From the NCBI GenBank assembly GCA_002633005.1, contig NMRA01000160.1, positions 590,043-654,042 on the forward strand: DNA of 64,000 nucleotides. The letters are read 5' to 3'. Positions 38,569 to 51,422 of the stretch are shown here, in pieces. A program made the position numbers and the translations under genes. Position 1 is the stretch's first letter; each line of letters starts with the position of its first letter. This DNA is from Phoronis australis. Taxonomy: Eukaryota; Animalia; Phoronida. Under the pieces are notes generated by a model that made no database searches, was not told the DNA's origin, and saw nothing but the letters and a program-made list of their open reading frames with translations.

Positions 38569-39224
38569 CTGTTGGGCCTCTTTAGGAACCCTAGAACTCC
38601 TGTGCCCATCGTCATGTGAGTGAAATACAAAGGACTTGGAGGAAACACCTTCGACTTGCGAGTTCCTTACTGGAGGACTCTCCCTGGCCTCTATCCTGCT
38701 GCTTTGAGGTATACTCTTAGGTATGGCCATCCCGGGAGGGTTAGGTACGGCCAACCCAGGCTGGCTAGGTATAGCCATCCCTGGGGGCTTAGGTATTGCC
38801 ATTCCGGGGGGTACTACCAAACCCGACTCAGACCGCGGCTGGTTCTGTTTCGACTTCTGAGCCTGCCGAATCTTGCTCTCCAATTCTTCTTGTTTCTGAC
38901 CTAAATCCCATGGGTCTTCATAATTCGCCAGCTCTTCCTCAACAGGAGGCGTGTCGCGCCTCAAGGTGTCATGAAAGTGCGCAGAGAACTCGTTCTGGGT
39001 CGGAATAACCAGGTCATCCCCGGTGATCTTATCCTTCGTACTTGACCCATGTATGTTGACGTAGAGATGTTCCACTGTCTTACTTTGTCGATCCTCCTTA
39101 ATACCTATGTTAACATAGCCAGGTAATGTTTTCCCTTCATCTTCGCTGCTTTCTGTGTCCAAGTCCTCTTCAATCACAACAACCTCCCCTTCCACTTTGC
39201 TGGGCACCTCAGATTGTGAACTCA
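38569..39224 (-). CDS. SH2 adaptor, exon 4 (large disordered exon; two YVNI, YEDPW, PGMAIP repeats)
   Basis: 656-nt open exon; acceptor TTTTCAG, donor CAG|GTAGGT; phases 1/0 fit both neighbours. Confidence 0.85.
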
Positions 39225-39439
39225 CTGAAAATGAAAATATAAAACCTTCCTTAAATAGATGGAAGAGGACTTAGTTAGCTCCTAAAGTGAGACTTATTAC
39301 CTGAAGGTATTTTTATCAAATGCTTTAATTACCAGACCACACCCAGATTCCCTAACTCTCAAAAATCCTTCAAGCCGTAAACGACAGACCAATACTAATA
39401 TTCACCAGACTAATCTCAAGTCATCCACATCCTTCCATT

Positions 39440-40025
39440 TACTATCTCTGCTCCACTCTCAGCCCTCCATTACTCTGTGACTACCGTATGGGCTACCTGT
39501 TCACTTAAACCATCTGCTCTGCCCCTCCCCCACCTAATGATTGCTGAAGCCCCAACTACAGAACCTTGGTCTTTATTAAAGTCTCCATCCCCCCACTCAG
39601 CACCCTTCCTGCCCCCACTNNNNNNNNNNNNNNNNNNNNNNNNNNNNNNNNNNNNNNNNNNNNNNNNNNNNNTAACCCCACTCTGCACCCTTCCTAACCC
39701 CACTCTGCACCCTTCCTACCCCCACTCTGCACCCTTCCTAACCCCACTCTGTGAGACTTGTGCCTTTAACTACTAACCTTGTTCATTACATACCAAGTTT
39801 TTGCCCACTGCTCCACCCTCACTCTGGGACTAGTCAAGTCTCCACTACATGACCTTAAACTTTACTTACCAGTCTCCACCCTCTGCTCTGCTCACCCCGC
39901 CCGGCCCCTCAGTGACTGCTGTAGCCTCGACTACAGACAGAACTTTTAGCTTTACTTACCAGCCTCCGCCTCTTGCTCCACCCCCATTCCAACTCCACTT
40001 TGTGACTGCTGTAGCCTCAGCTCGA
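39440..40025 (-). repeat. Degenerate ~80-90-bp tandem array spanning the exon 3 donor, with a short C-rich minisatellite and an N gap
   Basis: TTTACTTACCAG at 39861 and 39951; GTGACTGCTGTAGCCTC at about 39912 and 40002; CCCCACTCTGCACCCTTCCTA repeats at about 39590-39750. Confidence 0.75.
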
Positions 40026-40193
40026 GGGCCTTGGTCTTCCACTCCCACGGGGCATCATAGTCGTCCAGGGGCCTGTCGTCAACGGGGGCTGTCAATCTCA
40101 GCCTTTCCATGTCAGCGAACTGTTGTTGTATCACATGGCCTTCCCCACCTGCCTCCACGCTCTCATAAGGCTCATCATATACCTCAAGCACCT
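39960..40193 (-). CDS. SH2 adaptor, exon 3
   Basis: EVLEVYDEPYES...DDRPLDDYDAPWEWK; acceptor CTGTCAG, donor G|GTAAGT; phases 1/1. Confidence 0.9.
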
Positions 40194-41421
40194 CTGACAG
40201 GGCAATAGACATTATACGTTAATTTACCATCATAGTATTCCTCAGCATGAGCAGTGTCTAACGCTTGGGATGCAAAATTTTAAGCCGAAATTATATTTTT
40301 CAAAATCTGAACTTTGGGTTCAGACTATTTTTCAATTCAACGTATTTCTGCAATTTCGCAACTGCTATGTCTTGTTACACCACGTAGCTGCTGTGGTTGA
40401 ACTAAATGTACAGAGAATAAGCAAAAACATGTTTTAAAGTCCCTCCCCATGCACACACTTGTGGAGAAATTCGATTGCAAATGAAGCGGGTTTATAATGA
40501 GACCACAAAATTGGTCCCACATTGTTCACTACTCAAAACTAGAAATGGCTTCTGGGCCTGGGCTGAACTCATCAACAAATCAAAACTCAGCACTGATTTC
40601 CATGTGTAACAGATAAACTTTATTTAACATTGATGGCACATTGAGTCACATGCTTCTCTCTGATCAAGTAATATAGAATTATTATATTACACTGGAATAT
40701 TACAATTAATATGAACATGTACACAATAAAATAAAAATATCACATAATTAAATCAAACTCAATTAAATTCAATTAAATCCAATTAAAATTAAAATACATT
40801 AAAATTACCATTGGAATTTTACATACTGGGGAGGTGAGATTTAAATTGTTTTTTAAACAAAACAAGACAGCACTGATTTCCATGTATTGTGCCTACAGTC
40901 TCATCACAGTTATGGACAAAGCCTCACTTCAAATAATAAATCAAATAAACGGAATAAAATAAAATAGAAGACAAAGTTGCTCAGGCTTGAATTAAAATTA
41001 ACTTTGTTTTCCCTCACACGAGCGATCGCCGACGTATAATGTGCACAATTTAACTCATCGGAATCACAATAGCAAAACCAAGGTATTTTTCAAATAAAAA
41101 TGAACGTGTCCCAACCAAGAAAAGAGAAAACTGAAATAAATCAAAATAAAATCAAATAAATTCTGATCTATTTTGTGCCAAAGGCAGTGTTGAAATAATC
41201 ATTAGTCTATTTTTCAAACGCTGACTACCTTTGCAGTACACAATGAAAGCTTAAACAAATATTGCTTTATGACATCTACACAGTACGAAAATAGTTCAGA
41301 ATAGAATATGTTTTTTGTACCCTTCATCTTGTTTTTTATCCATCATATTGTGCAGGTGTTTTATCAGCGAGGAATTACCATATGATCCGGCCTATCGGGG
41401 GAAGCAAATAAAGAGTCTTAC

Positions 41422-41539
41422 CATCCTGCTCTTCATCATATGGCTCTGTGTACAAGTATCTCTCAGTGCTGCTGGGACTGGTTGGAATATCGCCCACCTT
41501 TGCATCACAGGGGTCACTATAGTCCTCGGTGACAACAGG
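41422..41539 (-). CDS. SH2 adaptor, exon 2
   Basis: PVVTEDYSDPCDAK...YLYTEPYDEEQD, cf. family DYSDPFDAK / YMEPYE; acceptor TTGTAG, donor G|GTAAGA; phases 0/1. Not in the ORF track. Confidence 0.85.
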
Positions 41540-44500
41540 CTACAACCCAAATAATTGACTGTCACAAAATTTATTAAGCCACAGTTACTTTGCACATAAC
41601 TCACAGCCACCTCTTGAAATACCTGCACAGCGTTCTCTCTAAGCTTTGAGGTATTCACCCACAATGTACTCATCACCCCGTTACCATGGAAATCACTATT
41701 TACTTCCAGACAGAACAGAAAGTATAACAATAATGAACTGGGCAAATGGAAAACAAACCATATTGTATATTTCCAAAGCAGTACTCCAAGTCAAAGGGGG
41801 TGCATAATTCACTAATCACAGGATTTCGTTGTCTGCCAATTCCAACTGCGGACTACAGGGATGAAATCCTGTTAGACATCCGTCAACAGCAACCAATCAC
41901 ATAACGCATTATGGTACGTATACAAGCTCAAGGTGAATGCTTCGATACCAACACTACCTACGAATCACAACATCAAAATGATTGTCATTTCTTTTTCATT
42001 AACGAACATATCGTTTGACAATGAGAGTGTCACAGGACAAGTGATTGTTTTCGAGGGCTAGGATGCCTGTAATCGGATTATTTCACGAGGTCAATACTAG
42101 TATTGTTCAATAGTATTATAGTAACAAACTGAATTGAAACAGCTTGAGACAGACAGTCTGGTGTTGTTGTGGTAATTCCGCTCATAACTTTCATGCTACA
42201 GGGCTCCCAGGGGTGTCTTTGATTGAAAATGACTGTCATCTTGTAACAGCAAAGGCAGTATTTCAAAAGAAAATAGTACTGGCAAATAAAATGTATGCCT
42301 AACGGGAAATAATGCTGGCTAGCTCAATACGTCCAACAGAATCTAAGTACGCTAAATCTCATAAATTTCGGACAAAAATAATTTATCAACTGAAAAAAGA
42401 AATTTTTTGATTTTCCACAGGCTTCTAATACCGTACTGAATGTCCGCAGTTTTTTAAAATAATATCCGGTGGTAGGTATAGTACAAACCTTGAACATATA
42501 AAAGCACTACCTTATTGCTATATTATCTTTCAAGGGAAAATCATAAAAAATCACTGGTCCTTCATAATCTGTCCTCAAAATAATTAAGATTTCACCGTAC
42601 TATTGCACACTAGAGCCCGAATGCATAAAAGCTGCACCTAGGATAACACCAATGATGTCACGTAATCACACGCAGGGCCCTCAATCCCTCGATTTCGGGG
42701 CTGAACGTCGGTCCCATTCCACTCTGACAAATAATTGTAAAATCATACGAAATTCTGCTTCTGAGTCCCGAAAAATTACCCTCAAGTGATTGAAAAATTT
42801 TCCTCGAGCTTCGAGGCACTTGTAACTTGCACAGCTGATAATTTGAATCAGCACAAAAAGTTAGTTTTGGCTCTTTGAGGCAGAGCCTACGAGGGCTTGC
42901 AATGGGGGGGGTGCTGTTGATAGTGATTGGGTGATGGAGAGGGGTAGAATTGTCCCCTCACCCAAAAATTCCCCTCAGAAGGCACAGGCACCTTTCACCT
43001 CAGGTGGTCAAGGGCCCTGATACAGCAGGTTGCTTACATTGTACAATACTTTTGATGTCTTGCAAAGACCAAGTTCTTCCGGCAAATAATTCTTTTAGTT
43101 TTGTACATCTCATCCCAGTACGGCTCATAGCAGTTCCTCCATGTCAGGTTAAAAAAATCATGATTTTCAAGAAAACAGACAGTTGGCTTCAAACAGTTAC
43201 GGATTATTTTCACGGAGATCAACAATGCTTTTGAAAAGTACGCTGTTCATGAGTTGGCCATTAGTATTTAATGTGTATTACAAAAAAACATATGAGTCAA
43301 TAAAACCTATCATAATGGCACGTTACTACGTGGTCATTTTCGGTCAACCTTTGAGAAGTCCACTCATGTTTCAACAAGAAAATTTTTAATCGTCAGCTCA
43401 CTTAAAGTGTACATTTTCTGATCCTCTAATACCGATGAAACAATATCAGTGTAAAACAACGTGTCAAGTGTCAAGTTTTGTTTTGAACAAGAATTGAAGT
43501 GTCGAAAATCAAAATGCTGAGTAATGGCTCCCTAAAGGTACAGAAAATTTGCCATACAATAGATCACTAAATATTGGCGTTCTCTATAGTAATAACAGCG
43601 AAAAAGAGATTTTTGTTTGATACCGACTGAGAGTTGATAAGCAGAAATTCGCTACCACATAGTGGTTCATGGATTTAAGAAAGAGGAATAAATCCCTATG
43701 TCAATCCCTCCCATTGTTTGATTAAGTTAAGTTTACAAATCTATTTTTAGCATTTTGACATCAGCTAGGATCGAAATTGTCCAGCTTTATCAGTCACAGC
43801 CACCGACTTTACAGCCGCGGATTCTCCTTCATCCATGGATATTGCAAGAGATTTGTCTTTCTCTATTAGACATTCGTACATAACCCACTGAACATCAGTG
43901 AAAAATTGCTGGTATTATGATTGCAGGAAAAGTGTTAAAATGCTGTTCACACTACTAGGTTGAAACCTCCCATCCGCATAACATGGGATCTGTAGGTGGC
44001 GCTGCATGCCTGTCCACCAAAGATGTGATTGCCAACTGATGGTATAGTGAATTTCAATACAGCACGGCTATTTCGAAAGTCAATTGAAGCCGAGTGAAGT
44101 AGCCTCAAACAATTAGCATATTAGGCTTGAAAATATATTGCATTTAGGTAAAGAATTGCCAAGGGAAGCAAAAAGAGATCATACAGCTGCCATTTTACAC
44201 AATATGCGAATACTACATTATTTTTAAAAAATTATGTGTACATTGAAAATTGTATTAAGAAAATTTACTGATCCCATGCGACAGCTAAGGATAACAGCAC
44301 ATTTAAAGAGCTGCAACCTATTCCGATTCTAAAGCGTTGTAACAAAAATCAATAAGTTGTCACTTCCATGCAAGTCAGTAGTACATGTATTAACTACCAA
44401 TTACCTTACACTACATACGGAGACTGAACCAAGCTTCTTGGAGCATACTCATTTCACAGAGGAAGCAGTATTCTGTTGTCAGAATATCACACATTCATTC

Positions 44501-45699
44501 CAATGGCGTGGTATTTGCTCTTAACATAAGACCAGTAAATTCCATTACAAGCCTATGAGATCACTGTGTGAGGCTGATAGATTACCAATGCTATGACCCA
44601 TACTCAGACATGATTTATTTACCTACAGACGTGAATGACCTATAGGTAAGGGGTCTGGTCAGTAACATTATAAAATACAAGACGAAGAAAGTACTTCTAG
44701 TAGTGATGCCTAAACACTACAGTCCGGACACATTTAACTATACAACTACAGAAAAATAATTACCAAAAGTGTCATTTCTTTCAATTTTCATGGTCACCAA
44801 ACATTGCCTAAAGGTGAAATGGGGCATACAGTGTGTCACTCTATGTAAGCGCCCTAATTAGGCACAGAATGGTTTTGAATATAACAGGAATCTGTATCAT
44901 GTAATCAGTAAAATTTACTAGGTAAGTCCCCACATCAAGATCATCGAATGCTCTGCTGAACATTGTCTAAGAAAGGTAAAATACTAACAAGATCGAAGCA
45001 GAAAGGGGAAAAATTGATAGGGAATTGAGAAACTGTGTAATTTGCCAAAAGTTTGGAATTTCTGTAACTGAGGACAAGTTCCATTTTATAACAAACTGCA
45101 CTTTATATTATGATTTATGAGTTAATGCAAGATGTCTCACAAATACGCAATCTGTCTAATTACATGCAGTATGCCTGGCCAACTAGAAAATTATATAAGT
45201 ATACCTGATGCACTGTACATGTATATTCAAGTTATGCAAACCTCTTTGTACTTTCATGTATTGTGATATTATTGAACTATGGGCCGGAGGCCTTCAAGTT
45301 CAATAAAGTTTTATGTAAAAAAAAACAAAATATAGAATTTTTGAGATCTCATCTTGCCACATTTAAATAAAATTAAATTTGATCATGTTATAGATACCAT
45401 TGTTTTGCTATCAATGTAATTTTATTTTTTGCAAAAGTTTACTAAAAGTAGTCAAGTGACTCCAAGGGAAAATCAGTGAAAAATCAAAAATCAAATTCTG
45501 CAAGTTTGTACTTTCAGAAAAATATCTTTACTAATTATTAATAACTATAGTTTTGTAAAATATTTGGTTAAATACTCACATTTGTCCAACAGGTCCTACC
45601 GTACATAACCTTAACTGCAATTTTCAACAAAAATTTGCGTGATTCTCATTCACATAATTACAGACAAGGCACATAATTTCTAGAAAAATAACGTAACTG

Positions 45700-45985
45700 C
45701 GTTAAAGCTACGGTGTGAAACGTTAAGTAAACGGTTAGCTCATCAACCGCCAGTTATCGACCACGTTTCAGGATCATCGTAACCTCAGCCTTAGACCTAT
45801 TACTGCTCTCCAAGAGCATGTCAGAGATCTACATCACCAGATCTCTGATGACTTCAGTATAAAAGTCTATACCCAGAAAAGTGGAAGCGCAGGGTACGAG
45901 AAATAATTGAGATCCATAAACCTAGTCTTAACAGAGATCCAGGACTTTATCTACCTGCAGTGTATTCAGATCTGTTACGGGATTC
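45700..45985 (+). mobile_element. Degraded Penelope-like retroelement 3' remnant (GIY-YIG endonuclease C-terminus)
   Basis: Frameshifted translation TALQEHVRDLHHQIS..IKVY / EKWKRRVREIIEIHKPSLNRDPGLYLPAVYSDLL matches the PLE pattern SA..EH...H / W..R...EAI.I...P.LNRD.G..L...Y. Confidence 0.75.
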
Positions 45986-46861
45986 CCCCGACATCAGGGA
46001 ATCCCCGATTCTGTTGTCATCATATTATTCTACAATGACAGAGGGTGCACCTGATGGTGAATCACATTTGTGAGATGTAGACGAAACAACAGATACGGCT
46101 CTTTGGTTCCAAAAGCAATCTTTACTCAATATTACTCGATAAATCAACTACTATCAAAGATTTAGCTCACGAATTTCAGGTCTTCTGTTGTACTGTAACC
46201 TTGACAACAGCGATAACATTAATGTACTTCGTGCAAGTTTGATAAAACTGAGATGAACGTTTTCTTAAGTAAGTACAATTCTTTGAACACAATAGTTTTT
46301 AAGCACTGCATCCGCATCTATATAATATAAGAGATCCCGCTTTTTGGCCATCTTCAGGTTGGGCCCCCTATAATAGCACAGAGGACCTAGTTTTGAAGAT
46401 CGAAAATAAATTTCATGCCCACGTCATTTTAATAAGTATAAGTCTTTTAAAATAATATTTTAGCCTGTTGAATGTGAATAAAACAGAACATGGAGCTACA
46501 GTAAACACTCTGATATAGCTTCCCAAAGCATAATACTCATTACCAGAATTAAAAGGTGATGAAAATTCATGTTTCCAGCAAAGATTATTATTTATCCTAA
46601 ATTGGCAAGACTTTAACTGGAAGGAAATAATGCTTTGTTCATGATGATTTGAAACTTACTATAAATGTACTGATGTCTAAATAACAGTTCCAATGTTCAT
46701 AGTGTTACTCCTGCGTAACACTTCCTCGTTTCTGATGATTCATCAAAGTTCTGTAAATTTCCTACAGAAGGAAGCATTATCACCTAATCAGTGAATGAAA
46801 AAGGGACTCCCAATACTTTCATTCACAGCACATCTTATTGGAGTCTCTTTTGTTTAAGTTC

Positions 46862-47166
46862 AAGAAGCCTGTTTTGAATGAGAGCAAACAGGGTTGCGCC
46901 GCACGTTACACTTGTTTGCGTGACTTTTCTGTTACCCCCCCCCTTCATTTGTCATTCTTTGCAGTATTTCACACATGCCATGTCCAAATTGTGCATCTTT
47001 CCAGTTTCTGCTCTGTGGTGGTATTACTGCGTCATTTTATTTCTACTTGAGAATGAAACAAGTATGTTTCAAAATATCGTGTATCTATTAATCACGTCTC
47101 TTGGTCAGTTGCTGAACCAATGTTCTGTTGAGTGTCGAACTTTGTTCCGAGGATACGAACGGAACG
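46862..47166 (+). repeat. Dispersed repeat (~300 bp); second copy at ~55473-55782
   Basis: Both start AGAAGCCTGTTTTGAATGAG and share ACACTTGTTTGCGTGACTTT..GTTACCCCCCC..CTTCATTTGTCATTCTTTG through GAACGGAACG. Confidence 0.85.
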
Positions 47167-47477
47167 GAATAAAGACGGTTAATAATGACAAGTGTCGTGT
47201 TTTCAACCAATTTTGCATATTGGTAAACTTCTACCCGAAGTAGTCTCTGTTAGGTACTGAGATAATTTCTGTCAACTATTTCTAGACTGTGATACCTTCA
47301 TAATGACTTGGCTCAACTTTTATTCACTAATTGTGAAATGGGAGCGCAAGACCAAATTTCTGTCTAAAGTATTAAGTCACTTTCACAAAACAGACCCCTG
47401 CACTCACCGAATAACACAACAAAAATGTCTGCTGGCATTCTATTCAGTCAAGGTCTTGTATTTCTTTTTGAAAAGGT

Positions 47478-47591
47478 GCACCATGACACGTAAGCACCAT
47501 GACACGTAAGCACCATGACACGTAAGCACCATGACACGTAAGCACCATGACACGTAAGCACCATGACACGTAAGCACTATGACAAGTAAGC
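47478..47591 (+). repeat. 16-bp minisatellite, about 7 copies
   Basis: GCACCATGACACGTAA x6 perfect plus one degenerate unit. Confidence 0.95.
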
Positions 47592-50500
47592 AGGAGAAAG
47601 CAAGATTTAAAACCCCAGGAACTGACAAGTGATGAGTAAAAAATCCAGCATAATGTTTGCTAATCTCAGATGGATCTCATTTTTGAAAGGGTGGGTAACT
47701 GGAAATATCCCACCACAAACCTGATTTTACAAAAAAGATCAGAACCAACTATGTTTTTTGAACTTGGAAATCACAGTGTTTGCAATTATTGAAAGTGAAA
47801 AATTTGAAGAACTACTATAACAATCAAAAAGCTAACACATCAGGATAATATGTCAGTAATAGTACTCACAAAAACTAAAATTCTTACAAACTTGAAATCA
47901 TACTTTTTGACACCGGTCTCTATGTTTTCAGGAGGGTTGCACATTGCCAGTCCTGTGCGGACCTTCTGCCAAGTATTTTAAATTTTAACTTTGTTTCCTT
48001 CAGCAATCAATTGTAGTAAATCCAGACACTGTCACAATCATTTAGTTTAGAACCGAACAGTGCCATTGACATTGCGCCAGTTAACTGAAACCTATTCTTG
48101 ATAAAGAGCTAATATACACTGATCAACACTGAAATTTTCTACAGTTACTATACCTACCCATTAAAAAACAGAGACGTCAAAATAGGCATCAGGTGATGGC
48201 ATTATTTTACTTCCCGGTTTCAAACGACAGATGACAAAGAGATTTCTAACACAGATAGATATGCCAAATCACACAACTTTATTGTCGGTTTACAAGCACA
48301 ATTGGTTTCAACAAGGCATGATATGTGCTGCCATCTGAGTTCACTATTTAATCAAAGTTGCATCTACATTCCAAATTCCTTCACACTGAAACGAGAAACT
48401 GTCAGGCTTCATTTTGAGTCATGAAAAATTTGCACTGGTCGAAACGGTAGCAAAAAATTTTAAAAAGTTTACAAAAATTTGCCATAAGTACTGAAACCAG
48501 TTGTTAACAACTCGTGAACACTTAGAAAAGCTTCAGTGGAAAAGATAGCGAAGCCATATCTGTGTGACTACAAAAGGTATAGTCATAATGCATACTCCTT
48601 ATTTTGTAATTAAATATAAAAATTGCAAGCAAAACATTAACTAACCGTTTTGATATTATTTCAGGTTCGAAAATAACAAAAACCTTTGCCTATTCAAATG
48701 CTTGCATGCAAGGATTTTACTGACCCAACAAGTAAATACCGGTATTTTACAAGAATGTTTTAAGTCAAACAAGATTTTTTGTCTCCATTGGCTCTTGGAA
48801 CCTGAAAATACTTGACCACTTACTAACTATGAACTTTAAGCTAGCTCCTTAGGTTTAGGAGTACATGCATTTATTTTGCTCTTAAACGTTCAATTGTATG
48901 GTTCAGCAACATGCTCGTTTACTGCGTTGATCCTGCACGCTTGCCCATCCAGCCTCATTCTAGAACCGGAAAGTCTTTAGTGTGAATAGAGTCTATGACC
49001 ATTCAAGAATTTTGACCTGGATTCTGCAATTTTACACGGAATGTCGTACAAGTCAACCTCGCCAGGCTATTGGGCGTTTTGTGGGATTTTATCAACAGCA
49101 CTGCTATCGTTTTTCAAATGGACTGTGGGACAGCCGTCAGTTCGTAAACATGCGGTCACATCACAGGTAACTTGGTGATGTCAAAGCAATCAAGACTAGC
49201 ACTTGCCATCTATGTACACCAGAATTAGAAACATGGGTCGACCGCAGCCTGTCGTTTGATGTGAATACAAGAAAGCAGCCATCATGGAAAAATCAAAAGA
49301 TTGAAAGCAAGTCAAAAATTGCACCAAATAAATACGTACACTCAGATAAGCAAGTCTTTTGTGTGAACATTCGAGAAGCACTTGCCGTCCGGTACCGAAG
49401 TGTTACAAATTTCAGTTAAATAGTAACTTGCAACTGGGTGTCCAGTTTTGGTCATCTATCACAATAATTTAAGAACACTGAAGGTACTATAAACCTGTGT
49501 GACCTACAAAAACTTTTACTAATACCAATTACTGTAGCATTATAAATTTATTCTCATTTTGTTCTTTACTCAAACTATAAGTAATTCCGCACTCACTGCT
49601 GGTTGATTTCAAGACAAGAGTCGCCAACCCCATTATAAATGGTTCATTGCATGCCAGCATCAGAAAACCAACTATTGTTAGGCTGGGTATTAGTTTCTGT
49701 TGAATAGCCGTTTCCCATAATACTTTAACACACTCTCTGATTTGGAGTACGTACCAGTATTTACCCACAATGCTGTGCATCAGTAGGGCACTTCTCCCAC
49801 AGCTGTAAAATGCTACCATGTTAATCTCTATTAAACCTTAAAACTAAAATAAGTTTTGCATTTTCAATTGTGAAGACAATAACGTTTTACTAATGCATAC
49901 CCAGTTGCAATTGCAGACCGTGATTCCAAATTTGAAAATCTGAGCGAAGCGTGATAAAACGTTATATATACATGGCGCCTGGGCTTAGAATGGTATTGAC
50001 AGCCCTACATTTCAAAAACTAGATCAATCATTTTGTCTAACTCCCAGCAAATGAAAAATGATGATTGAATACCATTATTTTCTGTCAAACACAGTATTAA
50101 TAACCAGATATTCAGCAGCATACACAAACTCGATTACAAAGCTAGTTAAGCACGTTCAACTTTTTTTGGGCGAATCTGAACCCATTTCTTGTAAAAGACG
50201 GCCCTTTTGAGTTTCCATTCACTGGGCTTATCACCAATACCATGATTTCTCGACTAAAAAGAACTGATATTTTTTTATAGCTTCTTTCAGTTTTGTGTCA
50301 GCACTCCAAAGCAATAAGGAAGTTGTGGCACTTTCGGGAACAATAAACCGATATCAAGCACAAGAACAGGACGATGGTACTTTGAAAGAGTAAATACGCC
50401 TGCGAGGAAAGCATTTATCTGGCCTTTCGTGTTTTCAGCATGCTTGTTGCAGGTACTGCTTTTTTCTTAGCAACCAGTCCACCAATTTCCAAAATTTTAT

Positions 50501-51137
50501 TATTAACCAGTCATCAATGCCTAAAAGAACAATCGCATGCCACTAACCGTTATAAAAAGATCAAAATCAAATTTCATACTCAGTCTAGAAGTCATTTCAT
50601 GGCTTATTGAGGACAGGCAGTTTGTTACTACTTCAAACCAGACTCAAAAGGCTTCAGGTCAGACTTGAAAGTTCAAGATGAAGAGATGACGGATTTGTCA
50701 AGAGCAATTATTGTAACAGATATGTGACAAAGAGGCAATAGTGCTGTTTTGGAAGGATAACTATGCCTGGGAACAAGACAGTTGTTTTAAGCACAAGAAC
50801 ATGGCTTACAGTTACACTGACTATAGTCGCTTTCACCTGTATCAGTAAACCGATTAAGTTCTGCACATCAGGAGAAAAAATGGAAAGGAAATTATGTTCA
50901 TGCCTCTGCAGTGAACATCACTTTGACACATATCACATGAGAGGTGACATATCCTTTGTACTGGGATACCAATAACACCCACTCTGACTCTTAGGTTATT
51001 ACTAAATTACCTATACGACGAGTATGACAAAGCAAAGGAAAATGTGGTGACTCACCAGTCACCTGCCTTTCAACCGGCTACCTGAATTTCCAGAAATTCG
51101 TTTGGTACAAGAACAGAACAAGAAATGTCAATCTCAC

Positions 51138-51422
51138 CGAGCCGACAACTACACCCTCGTCACTTGCAGGACTTCCACTTCTCGGCACCTCTTCTACCCA
51201 CGTGTCCGTCGCCGTGAGTGTGTACACCCGCCCCGTCTCGGCGCGGCCAGATGATGAGGATAACGTGGATATTCTGGCCGTTAAATCGGTGTTAGTCCAC
51301 TTATCAGGGTCTTGATAAGAGTACTCGTCATTATCATCGTCACATATTGTTGCTGGACCACTATAATCTGGCTTCGGTGGAGCAGGTGGTCCTTTTTTTC
51401 GACCAAAAAGATGTTTGATCAT
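51138..51422 (-). CDS. SH2 adaptor, first coding exon
   Basis: MIKHLFGRKKGPPAPPKPDYS resembles the SHB-type N-terminus (K.PP.PP.PDY); donor TCG|GTGAGA, phase 0, joins exon 2. Total CDS 1962 nt = 653 aa. Extra exons in the 9.6-kb intron cannot be excluded. Confidence 0.8.

Noticed and set aside
41321-41391. Possible extra SH2-gene mini-exon (AGSYGNSSLIKHLHNMMDKKQDE)
   Set aside because: Needs a 30-nt intron and breaks phase; exon 41422-41539 joins 40193 cleanly without it.
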